A stretch of DNA of 61,490 nt, counting the filler. It is 3 parts of 3 records of this genome, joined end to end, with 100 filler letters (N's around TTAATTAATTAA, not from the genome) between each part and the next. Parts side by side here need not be neighbours in the genome. Positions count along the whole stretch, not along the records: positions 31,369 to 54,287 come from SRR22947725_569; 2 more parts are not named here. One strand, 5' to 3'. Both the position numbers and the translations under genes were made by a program. The notes beneath the pieces are model-generated. The model made no database searches, was not told where the DNA came from, and worked only from the letters and a program-made list of their open reading frames with translations. This document shows positions 31,506-40,185 of the stretch, piece by piece (position 1 is the stretch's first letter; the number at the start of each line of letters is the position of its first letter).

Positions 31506-32960
31506 TTATTTTTTGAAATATATGTATTCGTCTTCAATTTTTTTAAATTTAAGTGAAAACATATCTTTAATGTAGTTTTGATTTAATTTCCATGGATATT
31601 TTTTCCCTTGTTTAGGAAGAAATTTTTGAGCCCTTTTTACATAGCCAGAATTTAATCCAATACTAGGCTCTATTTCTAAATTTTCATCATTTATTTTGGG
31701 AACAAATGATTTTAATTCATTTTTATCCATATGGTTTAAAATTCTACAAAAATATTCACAGACTAAATCAATTTTTAACGTCCACGAGGCGTTTGTGTAT
31801 CCAAAAACAACAGTTGCGTTAGGAATATCCTGTAACATCATACCTTTATAGCTTACTAATTTTGAAGGGTCTATTGTTTTATTATCAATTTTTATTTTAA
31901 TTCCACCCATAAATTTTAACTTTAGTCCAGTTGCAGAAATCACAAGATCTGCTTTTAATTCTTTCCCTGAATCTAATAGAATCCCATTTTTATTAAAAGA
32001 TTTTATATTTTCAGTAACTACAGTACATTTACCCTGATTAATTGACTCGAAGAGGTCATTGTCAACCACCACGCAAACTCTTTCATCCCATGGATCATAT
32101 TTTGGATTAAAATGTTTCTCTACATCAAAACCTTTTGAAAGACTATTTTTTATTTCATTTTTAATAAAAGCTTTTACTTCCTTAGGTCTTCCTTTTGAAA
32201 TTCCATAAAAGTAAATTTGTCGTATTATATATTTCCATCTAGAGATAAAATGAGCAAATTTTGAAGGTGTTAAACGAAAAAGAAAATTTGTGAATTTGTC
32301 TTTCCTAGGAAGATTCATCAAATAAGTTGGAGATCTTTGAAGCATTGTGACGTGTTTTGCTTTCTCTGACAGTGAAGGAATTAGAGTAATTGCAGTAGCA
32401 CCACTTCCAATAACAATCACATCCTTATTTAAATAATCAATATCCTTGGTCCATTTTTGAGGATGAATAAACTTACCCTTAAAATTTTCTAGACCCTTGA
32501 AATCTGGAGTATATCCGTTGTCATAATCATAATAACCAGTACAAGACATCAAGAACTTACATTTGTACTCAATTTTTTTATTTTTTTCTTTATCAATTCC
32601 AAACACTGTCCATTCTTTTTTGGATGAGTTCCAGCTAATTTCATCTATCCAATGATTGTATTTTATGTTATTTTCTAAATTGAATTTTGAACTGGTATCG
32701 TTAAGATATTTTAAAATAGTTTTTCCATCAGAAATTGTATTTTTATGTGTCCACGGACTAAATTTGTAGGCAAAAGTATACATATCAGAATCTGATCTAA
32801 TTCCAGGATACTTAAATAAATCCCATGTTCCACCTATTTTATTTCTTCCCTCCAAAACTAAAAACGATTTTTTAGGACAATTTCGTTTTAAATGGCATGC
32901 TGCTCCAATTCCTGAAATTCCAGCTCCAATTATTATTACATCAATTAATTTATTCTTCAT
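31506..32960 (-). CDS. Flavin-containing monooxygenase, EthA/AlmA (Baeyer-Villiger) family
   Basis: GAGISG, GGTWDLFKYPGIRSDSD, FKGKFIHPQKW fingerprint, GSGATA, LQRSPTY, GYTNASWTLK. Confidence 0.92.
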   Translation of the reverse strand: MKNKLIDVIIIGAGISGIGAACHLKRNCPKKSFLVLEGRNKIGGTWDLFKYPGIRSDSDMYTFAYKFSPWTHKNTISDGKTILKYLNDTSSKFNLENNIKYNHWIDEISWNSSKKEWTVFGIDKEKNKKIEYKCKFLMSCTGYYDYDNGYTPDFKGLENFKGKFIHPQKWTKDIDYLNKDVIVIGSGATAITLIPSLSEKAKHVTMLQRSPTYLMNLPRKDKFTNFLFRLTPSKFAHFISRWKYIIRQIYFYGISKGRPKEVKAFIKNEIKNSLSKGFDVEKHFNPKYDPWDERVCVVVDNDLFESINQGKCTVVTENIKSFNKNGILLDSGKELKADLVISATGLKLKFMGGIKIKIDNKTIDPSKLVSYKGMMLQDIPNATVVFGYTNASWTLKIDLVCEYFCRILNHMDKNELKSFVPKINDENLEIEPSIGLNSGYVKRAQKFLPKQGKKYPWKLNQNYIKDMFSLKFKKIEDEYIYFKK

Positions 32961-33011
32961 AAAAGATATTCAATTATAACACACTTTTAAATTTAAGTTT
33001 AAATTTTTTAT

Positions 33012-33047
33012 AAAAAAAAAGAGCAATATTTCTATTGCTCTTTTTTT
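33012..33047. terminator. Intrinsic terminator downstream of the TonB-dependent receptor
   Basis: A9-GAGCAATA-TTTC-TATTGCTC-T7, perfect hairpin with tails on both sides. Confidence 0.85.
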
Positions 33048-33061
33048 AAATTTATTTTTGT

Positions 33062-35782
33062 TTAGAAGTCACGTTTTAATGAGAACATAACTTGTCTTCC
33101 TAGTGTTGGCAGATTAGGAAGGAAGCTGTAAGCTTCATCCATCAAGTTCACAATATTCATACTAACTTTAGTTTTAGCATTTATATCATAACCTAGGTTA
33201 GCATCAACAATGTTTCTGCTTTCTACAGTACCAGAGTAAAAGTTACCCATACTTGCTTCAAAACCACCATCGTATTTATATCCTACTCCAACATTCCATT
33301 TTCTTCCATTATCATAAGCAAATCCAGCTTTAACTCTGTGTTTAGAGTGATTTAAATGCCATGATCCTACTTCAGTTAATGACCCTAAATCATCCTTTTC
33401 AAAAACAGTCTGACTAACTGTTGAATAATTTCCGTATAAAGTTAAATTATCAGTTGCTCTCCATTTCAATCCACCTTCAAATCCCCAGTAATTAACTTTT
33501 CCATAGTTTTTGTATCCAAGCATTACGTTAGTTTCTCCATTATCAGGAGCTTGATCAGTTTGTACAGTTCCAATTGCACCCATTGCAGCTAAACCATTAC
33601 CAACTGCAGCATATGTGTTTGAAAGAAGTGTTGCATAATAAGGACCGTAAACTGGACCGTAAACCGGAGTAAATGCAGATGTAAATAATGCATTTACCGC
33701 ATTACCTAAATCAGCTCCTAAGTTTGGTAGAGCTACTAATGGACTTAATTGTTCTATAGCAACGAAGTTTTCTTTTGTAGAATTATAAATATTAATACTT
33801 AATGTTGTTTTATCAGTAAGCATTCCTTTATAACCAAGCTCATAGTGTGTTTCTTTTCCTAGTTTAGCTTTGTTTCCATCCTCAAGAGGTCCAAACGGGT
33901 TTCCGTTTAGATCAAGCATAGCACCCTGTGAAAAGGCTCCAAGACCTGCAATTCCAGCAAGTGTATTTTGAGAAGTTATAAAAGGAATAAATGCTTGAAG
34001 CGGTGTACCTGCTAAAAGTGGAGCTACTGTAGCAGTTGCAACTGCATATGCCGTAGCTACAGGCATTCCGATTCCTTCATTAACTGGAAGTCCTGGAACA
34101 AACCAAGATGTTGAGGGGTTAGTAAAGGTTTGTGCTTCCTTATTTCCATAAATCCAAACATTAATACCAGGTCCTAATCTTGAAACGGCTAAATCAACAA
34201 ACATATTTAATGCACTAGGTGCTATAAACGCCTTGTTGAATGTTAACCTAAAACTTTCTCTATTATTTGGTTTGAAAACAAGTGCTGCTCTTGGTGCAAA
34301 AGAAGATTCTCCAACCTGTGGGTATTTGTCATATCTCCCTGCAAGTTGTAGATTAAACTTTTCAGAAAGTTTTGTTTTTGCAGAAAAATAAGCTCCATAA
34401 ACATTGTAACTATCTTTGTCTTCATATCTTCCAAAAGTACCAGTGTCAGTATCAAATTTTGAACTTTTATTTTCAACTCCAATTGATAAACCAGTATTAA
34501 TAGCATCAAGAGCTATTTCGTATTGTAATTGAAATTGAGATTGTTTGCTTTCAACTCCTGAAGTTACACCTGTTCTGTAATTGAATCCACGGTATTTGTC
34601 CTCTGTAGGATTAGCGGTATCTGTATAATTATATTGCATAAATAAATTTCCAGACTGAACTCTAGTTTGTATAAAGGCAGTTCTTTGTTGAGCTCTAGTT
34701 TCACCAGTTGAACTAATAAAAATATTTGCTGCAACTTCATTTATTCCTGCTACTGTTGTTATTGAAAGATTATTTGAAGGTCTGAAATAAACAGTTGCAT
34801 CAGCTCCTCTTTGAGAATTTCTTTCTTGAAATCCATCAATAGTTTTTACAACTCTTCCTGTTCTTGCGTCTTTTATTTCATTTACAAATGTTGATGTTGC
34901 AGATTCAGCTAAATCAAAATCTTCATTTTCTCCATATTTTAAATTGAATTTATAACCAAAAGTGTTATCATCATTACTAACAGCATGTCTGAAATCCATT
35001 TTAAACATGTTCATATCGAAGCTTCCTCCTTTATTAAATCCACCCGCTTGAAGATTAATACTTGTTCCCGGATGCTTAAAAGGATCTTTACTTAGGTAAT
35101 GAACCACACCAGCTCCAACACCAGGACCGTAAAGTGCAGATGCAGGACCTAATACAACTTCAACTCTTTCTATATCAAGATTACTTAAATTACTTACATC
35201 AGCATCAAAGAAGTTTATTCCATTGACATTAAGACCTCTGTAATCTAACATTACAAGAGTTGAGGTAGTAAATAAATCTACATTATCTCTTAATGCTACA
35301 CCAGTTCTGTTAGCACCGTGCTTATCAATTTGTACACCTAGCATATCATCTAAAAGTACAATTGAATTGAAAGCAGATTTGTTTTCGATTTCTTTTGCTC
35401 CTAAAATTTGAATTGATGAGGCTGCATTTATAGCTTTTTCCGCTTTTCTGGAACCAGAAATAACTACCTCGTCTAAAGCTTCCCCGGTTGACAATGATAA
35501 TGAAATAACTTGACTCTCAGAACTAACTTGTATTGTTTGTCCTTCAAAACCTAAAGAGCTTATTTCTAAAGTCCAAGGAAAGTCTAAGTCAGATGAGATA
35601 GAAAAATTACCGTCGTCATCAGAAATTACACCAGTTGTTGTTCCTTGAATAATTACATTGACACCATAAAGAGCTTCAACTCCGTCAGTAATTTTTCCTT
35701 TTACAGTTTTAGATTGAGCGTTTACCATCATAAAGGTGGCAAGCATAAAAACTAAACTTGATAAATAAAATTTAAATTTCAT
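33062..35782 (-). CDS. TonB-dependent outer-membrane receptor with N-terminal carboxypeptidase-regulatory-like domain (Bacteroidota type)
   Basis: Signal peptide, VKGKITD...GVNVII...GNFSI...LGFE domain, LDEVVISGSR TonB box, plug IERVEVVLGPASALYG, C-terminal NLMD...F. Confidence 0.93.
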   Translation of the reverse strand: MKFKFYLSSLVFMLATFMMVNAQSKTVKGKITDGVEALYGVNVIIQGTTTGVISDDDGNFSISSDLDFPWTLEISSLGFEGQTIQVSSESQVISLSLSTGEALDEVVISGSRKAEKAINAASSIQILGAKEIENKSAFNSIVLLDDMLGVQIDKHGANRTGVALRDNVDLFTTSTLVMLDYRGLNVNGINFFDADVSNLSNLDIERVEVVLGPASALYGPGVGAGVVHYLSKDPFKHPGTSINLQAGGFNKGGSFDMNMFKMDFRHAVSNDDNTFGYKFNLKYGENEDFDLAESATSTFVNEIKDARTGRVVKTIDGFQERNSQRGADATVYFRPSNNLSITTVAGINEVAANIFISSTGETRAQQRTAFIQTRVQSGNLFMQYNYTDTANPTEDKYRGFNYRTGVTSGVESKQSQFQLQYEIALDAINTGLSIGVENKSSKFDTDTGTFGRYEDKDSYNVYGAYFSAKTKLSEKFNLQLAGRYDKYPQVGESSFAPRAALVFKPNNRESFRLTFNKAFIAPSALNMFVDLAVSRLGPGINVWIYGNKEAQTFTNPSTSWFVPGLPVNEGIGMPVATAYAVATATVAPLLAGTPLQAFIPFITSQNTLAGIAGLGAFSQGAMLDLNGNPFGPLEDGNKAKLGKETHYELGYKGMLTDKTTLSINIYNSTKENFVAIEQLSPLVALPNLGADLGNAVNALFTSAFTPVYGPVYGPYYATLLSNTYAAVGNGLAAMGAIGTVQTDQAPDNGETNVMLGYKNYGKVNYWGFEGGLKWRATDNLTLYGNYSTVSQTVFEKDDLGSLTEVGSWHLNHSKHRVKAGFAYDNGRKWNVGVGYKYDGGFEASMGNFYSGTVESRNIVDANLGYDINAKTKVSMNIVNLMDEAYSFLPNLPTLGRQVMFSLKRDF

Positions 35783-35831
35783 AATTGTTTTGTTTTGTTG
35801 TTATTAATTTGATTAATATCTGTTACATATA

Positions 35832-36854
35832 TTACGAATAATGTAATATGTGTGGCAAAATAATACTATTTATTCGATTTTTAAAATTTTTATTAAAATC
35901 ATGTCCCATTCCTTTAATTATTACTAACCTGGATCCGTGTATCAAAGAAGCTAGTTTTTTTGAGTGACTTGCTTTTACAAGAGGATCGTCTGATCCGTGA
36001 ATTAATAGAGTAGGGACCTTAATAGTTTTTAGTTTTCTATAACGTGAACCAGAGTTTTTTATTGCTCTTCTATGTTGATCAAAAGCTCTCTTATTAAAAC
36101 CGTTTCTAAATTTAATTTCATACAAAGTTTTTTGAATTTGTTTTTCATAATTAAAAACGTAATTATCATTTCCAGAAAAAAGGTGGTCAAGTTTGAAATG
36201 AAATTTTAATACTTTATCAATGTTTCTTTCTTTATTTCTGTAAGAAAAAATTAGTTTTTTTAACTGATTTAATCTTTTTGAATCTGGTTTCTCAGCTTCT
36301 GGATCTAAAAGAAAACCAGTGGACATTAAGTTTGTCATGGTTAAGATTTTCTCAGGATGATTTATTGCCAATATTTGTGCTATCATTCCGCCTGTAGAGT
36401 AACCAATTACATGAAACTTTTTAATCATTAGGTGATTAGTAACAGCCAATGCATCTCTCGCCATTTCTTCAAGATTATAAGAATTTGATTTTGACCAATC
36501 TTTAATCCAGTCGGATTCGCCTAAACCTCTATTGTCAAATCTAATAACTCTAAATCCGTTTTTAAGAATAGTTCTGATCATTTGATCTGGCCATTGAATC
36601 ATCGTCTCAGCTGCTCCATTGATCAGTAAAATTGTTGCTTTTGGATTTTCAATATTACACAGATCTTCGTAAAATATTTTTACATCAATATTTTTTGCAT
36701 AACCAGTTTTACCCTCTATAAAAACAGGAATCTGTTTTGACTTTGTAATAGAAATTAATTTATCAATATATGAATCATTTAATTCATCTTTTAACAAATT
36801 ATTAAAATAAAAACCTAGTATGAAACTGGTAACAATTAAAATAAAAATTATCAT
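35832..36854 (-). CDS. Membrane-anchored alpha/beta hydrolase (esterase/lipase-like)
   Basis: FDNRGLGES, GYSTGG nucleophile elbow, HGSDDPLV, GMGH; N-terminal hydrophobic anchor from ATG 36854. Confidence 0.88.
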   Translation of the reverse strand: MIIFILIVTSFILGFYFNNLLKDELNDSYIDKLISITKSKQIPVFIEGKTGYAKNIDVKIFYEDLCNIENPKATILLINGAAETMIQWPDQMIRTILKNGFRVIRFDNRGLGESDWIKDWSKSNSYNLEEMARDALAVTNHLMIKKFHVIGYSTGGMIAQILAINHPEKILTMTNLMSTGFLLDPEAEKPDSKRLNQLKKLIFSYRNKERNIDKVLKFHFKLDHLFSGNDNYVFNYEKQIQKTLYEIKFRNGFNKRAFDQHRRAIKNSGSRYRKLKTIKVPTLLIHGSDDPLVKASHSKKLASLIHGSRLVIIKGMGHDFNKNFKNRINSIILPHILHYS

Positions 36855-36859
36855 TTGTT

Positions 36860-38524
36860 CTATTCCCAAATAACGTCTTCTTTGTTTTTCAACCAATTGT
36901 TGTATTGGTCAGAGAATTTTTCATCAATTTTTGATCTTTTTATCTTTAAAGTAGGAGTGGTCATGCCATTTTCTGGGAGCCAGTCTTCTTGAACAAAAAT
37001 AACTTTGGACATTTTTTTGTAGTTGTCTAGACTACTGTTCACTTTTTCTAAAATATTAGAAATTTTAGAATTTGTAACTTCTTTATTATTTTTTGCGATT
37101 TCAGTAGGTACAGCTAGAAGAAGAGGTTGATCGCAATTTAGACCAACTACACATACTTGAGAAAATTCTGAAACATTACCAAAATAAGCTTCCAAAACAC
37201 CAGGCTCAATGTATTTACCTTTTGAAGTTTTAAACATGTCCTTGATTCTCCCGGTTATGAACAAAAACCCATCATCATCAATATGTCCTTTGTCTCCAGT
37301 ATGTAACCATCCGTCTTTCAAAGTTTCATTAGTCACTTCTTCATTTTTATAATAGCAACTCAATATAAAAGGTCCTTTCATTAAAATTTCACCTTGATCA
37401 CTTATTTTTAAGTCAACTCCAGGTGTGGGTCTTCCAACAGATCCTCTTCCAAGAGGTTGGTAAGGATCTAAGTTTGTACATGTAGCACAATTTTCAGTCA
37501 TTCCATATCCGTTTGTAATGAAAATACCAAGACTTCTATACCAGTCTAATAATTCAAGCGGCATTGCTGCAGCACCCGTTACTAAAGCTTTTGCCTTGGA
37601 CATACCCAGTGCACCCTTCAATTTTCTTTTTATTAACCAAGAAATAATAGGAATTTTTAATAGTTTATCAAGCTTTGCTTGAGGCATTTTCATTAATATT
37701 TTTTCTTGAAACTTCATATAAATTCTTGGAACTCCTTGAAAAGCTGTAGGTTGTGTGTCATTTAAATTTTGAGCAAATGTTTCTAGTGATTCAACAAAGG
37801 AAATAGTTCCTCCATATCTGAAAGCAACATGCTCGATAACAACTCTCTCAAAAATATGGTTTAAGGGCATATAGGATATAAAACGATTTTTACCACTTAA
37901 ATCAACTTTTAGCGGGTTTCCATCTTCAGTTATTCTTTTTGTATTGAAAAGGGTTTCATAAGTTAATACAACTCCTTTAGGGTCTCCTGTTGTGCCGGAC
38001 GTGAAGATCACAGTCCATATATCTTTAAGGTTTGGTCTAAAATCCTCAGTTTGAGCATCAAATTTATTAATAAATTCATGCCATTGATGACCAACCTCGA
38101 CTTTTGAATGATCTTTGTATTGAGGGAAAGCTATAATAGGCATTTCTAAATCAACACCTTTTTTCATTTCTTCCCAATTTTCTAACTTTCCAACAAATAA
38201 AGCTTTAACATCTCCAAAAGTTAGAAGATTTTTAATTTCTTTAGAATTAAGAGTTGGAAAAAAAGGAACAGATATGTAACCTGCCATAGAAATTGCTAGA
38301 TCTGCAATTACCCATTCTCTACAATTTTTAGAAACCAATCCAATATGACTGTCTTTTTCTAAACCTAAACTTTTTAATCCGTTAGAAAGTTTTCGAGCCA
38401 TTAAACCAACTTCATTCCAAGTGTAAGTTTCCCATAAGTTTCCAAATGGTTGTTTTAAAAAAGGCTTGTCCGCTAATTCTTTTTCCCATTTATAAAAAGG
38501 AAAATCAAATAATTCGTTGTTCAT
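36860..38524 (-). CDS. Long-chain acyl-CoA synthetase (FadD family)
   Basis: FTSGTTGDPKGV, GYGMTE, GWLHTGDKG, ITGRIKD, TPTLKIKR. Confidence 0.93.
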   Translation of the reverse strand: MNNELFDFPFYKWEKELADKPFLKQPFGNLWETYTWNEVGLMARKLSNGLKSLGLEKDSHIGLVSKNCREWVIADLAISMAGYISVPFFPTLNSKEIKNLLTFGDVKALFVGKLENWEEMKKGVDLEMPIIAFPQYKDHSKVEVGHQWHEFINKFDAQTEDFRPNLKDIWTVIFTSGTTGDPKGVVLTYETLFNTKRITEDGNPLKVDLSGKNRFISYMPLNHIFERVVIEHVAFRYGGTISFVESLETFAQNLNDTQPTAFQGVPRIYMKFQEKILMKMPQAKLDKLLKIPIISWLIKRKLKGALGMSKAKALVTGAAAMPLELLDWYRSLGIFITNGYGMTENCATCTNLDPYQPLGRGSVGRPTPGVDLKISDQGEILMKGPFILSCYYKNEEVTNETLKDGWLHTGDKGHIDDDGFLFITGRIKDMFKTSKGKYIEPGVLEAYFGNVSEFSQVCVVGLNCDQPLLLAVPTEIAKNNKEVTNSKISNILEKVNSSLDNYKKMSKVIFVQEDWLPENGMTTPTLKIKRSKIDEKFSDQYNNWLKNKEDVIWE

Positions 38525-38582
38525 ATTGTTTTTGTTTTGTTGTAATAATTTATTGAAATTAAGGTTTTTTTATTAAAACACA

Positions 38583-38611
38583 TTTATAAATAAATATCCA
38601 ATATTTGTCAA
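38583..38611 (-). promoter_or_regulatory. Candidate promoter upstream of the acyl-CoA synthetase
   Basis: Minus strand TTGACA-17-TATAAA; AT-rich context makes it uncertain. Confidence 0.3.
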
Positions 38612-38632
38612 GTTAATTAAAAAATAAATGTT

Positions 38633-40033
38633 TTATCCTTGCAACTTTTTTCTTATTTCTAAGTATTTCTGTTTAGTAATTGGATATTTTAAAATAAAAA
38701 AAATTGATAAAAAATAAATTATCATTAAGAGTGGACCCCCAATCAAACCAAGTTTTGAAATAATTTCAGCTGGAATATTTTCAATTTCAGTTTGAGTAGG
38801 AAATGAAATTAATTTTAATAGGATACCAGCAAAGAAATAACCTAAACCAACAGTTAATTTATAAGCAAATGACATAGTTGAAAAAAATAAACCTTCATGT
38901 CTTTGATTAGTTATTGACTCGTATTCATCAACAACATCTGCCATCATTGAGTTTACTAAACTCATTGAGGTCCATAAAAAGATATAAGCAATTGTAGTAA
39001 ATAAAAAATATGTTACTATTAGGTGTGGATCTCCATTTTCAGGAAAAAACCCAAATATTCTAAGATTAAATGGGCTAGACATAAATAAACCAAAAAGAAA
39101 TGTACTTATGATAACTCCAGTTTTTTTATCAAATTTCTCTCCTATTTTTGGTGCAGTAAACAAAGAGATTACACCTCCTATTGCACCTGAGAAAATAATT
39201 ATTGCTATTTCGTTTTGGTTTAATTCAAAAAAGAATGAAAGAAAATAAGTTATCATAGAATTTCCTATTCCTAAAGCAATATATATCATCATTGTAAATA
39301 GAACTAAAGAGTTAAAAGACTTCATTTTAAAGGCTGTAGTTAAATTTTTAAACAATGATTTTAAGGATTCTTGTTTCTGGATTTTAGGAAGTTTAGGAAT
39401 TGTATGTTTTGTTCCATAAACACTAAGTAAAATGGTAGATATCATAATTAATGCACAAAACATGGCAAACTTTGGATAAGCATTGACATTTAATAGTCCT
39501 GTGGACATTCCATTTTCAGGAACAAAAAAATAAACTAACCCAATAAATGATATTAACGGAGAGACTAATGTTGCAAACATTATTCTGTAACTTGTTATAA
39601 CCGTTCTTTCATTATAGTCTGAACTTAGTTCAGCACCTAGTGACATTCCAGGAACCAAAAAAAGAGATAAAAAAAATCTAATTAAAATTGAAAAAAAAGT
39701 CATCCATAGAAACAACTCAAATTGACCTAAGTTATCTAAAGGTTTAAAAAGTAGATATGTCGAAATTCCAAGAGGAATGGCTGACATTGCCATAAATGGA
39801 TGTCTTCTGCCATATTTTTTTGACTTGTAATTATCTGAAATTGTTCCAATTATTGGATCAGAAATTGCATCAAATAAAAGAGCGATTAGAGTTGCTATTC
39901 CAGTATATATTTGATCCAGTCCAAGAATTTGACTAAAATAAAAGAAAACAAAAACAGCGTATAAAATATCTTTAATTCCAACAGAAATAAAGCCCATTCC
40001 ATAAAAAAATTTTGTTTTAGAATCTACCTTCAT
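38633..40033 (-). CDS. MFS transporter, GPH (MelB-like cation symporter) family
   Basis: DAISDPIIG, YGRRHPF, AELSSDYNERT, MMADVVD, EGLFFS, YPIT; ~12 TM. Confidence 0.9.
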   Translation of the reverse strand: MKVDSKTKFFYGMGFISVGIKDILYAVFVFFYFSQILGLDQIYTGIATLIALLFDAISDPIIGTISDNYKSKKYGRRHPFMAMSAIPLGISTYLLFKPLDNLGQFELFLWMTFFSILIRFFLSLFLVPGMSLGAELSSDYNERTVITSYRIMFATLVSPLISFIGLVYFFVPENGMSTGLLNVNAYPKFAMFCALIMISTILLSVYGTKHTIPKLPKIQKQESLKSLFKNLTTAFKMKSFNSLVLFTMMIYIALGIGNSMITYFLSFFFELNQNEIAIIIFSGAIGGVISLFTAPKIGEKFDKKTGVIISTFLFGLFMSSPFNLRIFGFFPENGDPHLIVTYFLFTTIAYIFLWTSMSLVNSMMADVVDEYESITNQRHEGLFFSTMSFAYKLTVGLGYFFAGILLKLISFPTQTEIENIPAEIISKLGLIGGPLLMIIYFLSIFFILKYPITKQKYLEIRKKLQG

Positions 40034-40185
40034 GAATTGTAAATATATTTTTAAGATACAATTAAATAAATATTTTTAAATCGCTAAAATTTGTTTTAAT
40101 ATCCATAAACTAATGGGCAACATATTTTTCATTAATTTTACATTTAATCAACTTTATATAAATATCTAAATAAAATGATTGTTAA

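Noticed and set aside
30960-31537. ORFs 30960..31316 and 31313..31537 spanning the N spacer
   Set aside because: They are truncated gatB and NMO-like genes closed artificially by the linker; they are not pseudogenes or fusions.
33642-33665. 12-bp tandem repeat as a phase-variable VNTR
   Set aside because: Only two imperfect in-frame copies; treated as part of the loop insertion.
33062-35782. Calling the TBDR a SusC of a polysaccharide utilisation locus
   Set aside because: No susD, no SusC signature motifs and no glycoside hydrolases nearby.
40035-40063. Inverted repeat AATTGTA-N15-TACAATT in the divergent promoter region
   Set aside because: Short and AT-rich; could arise by chance, with no second copy found.
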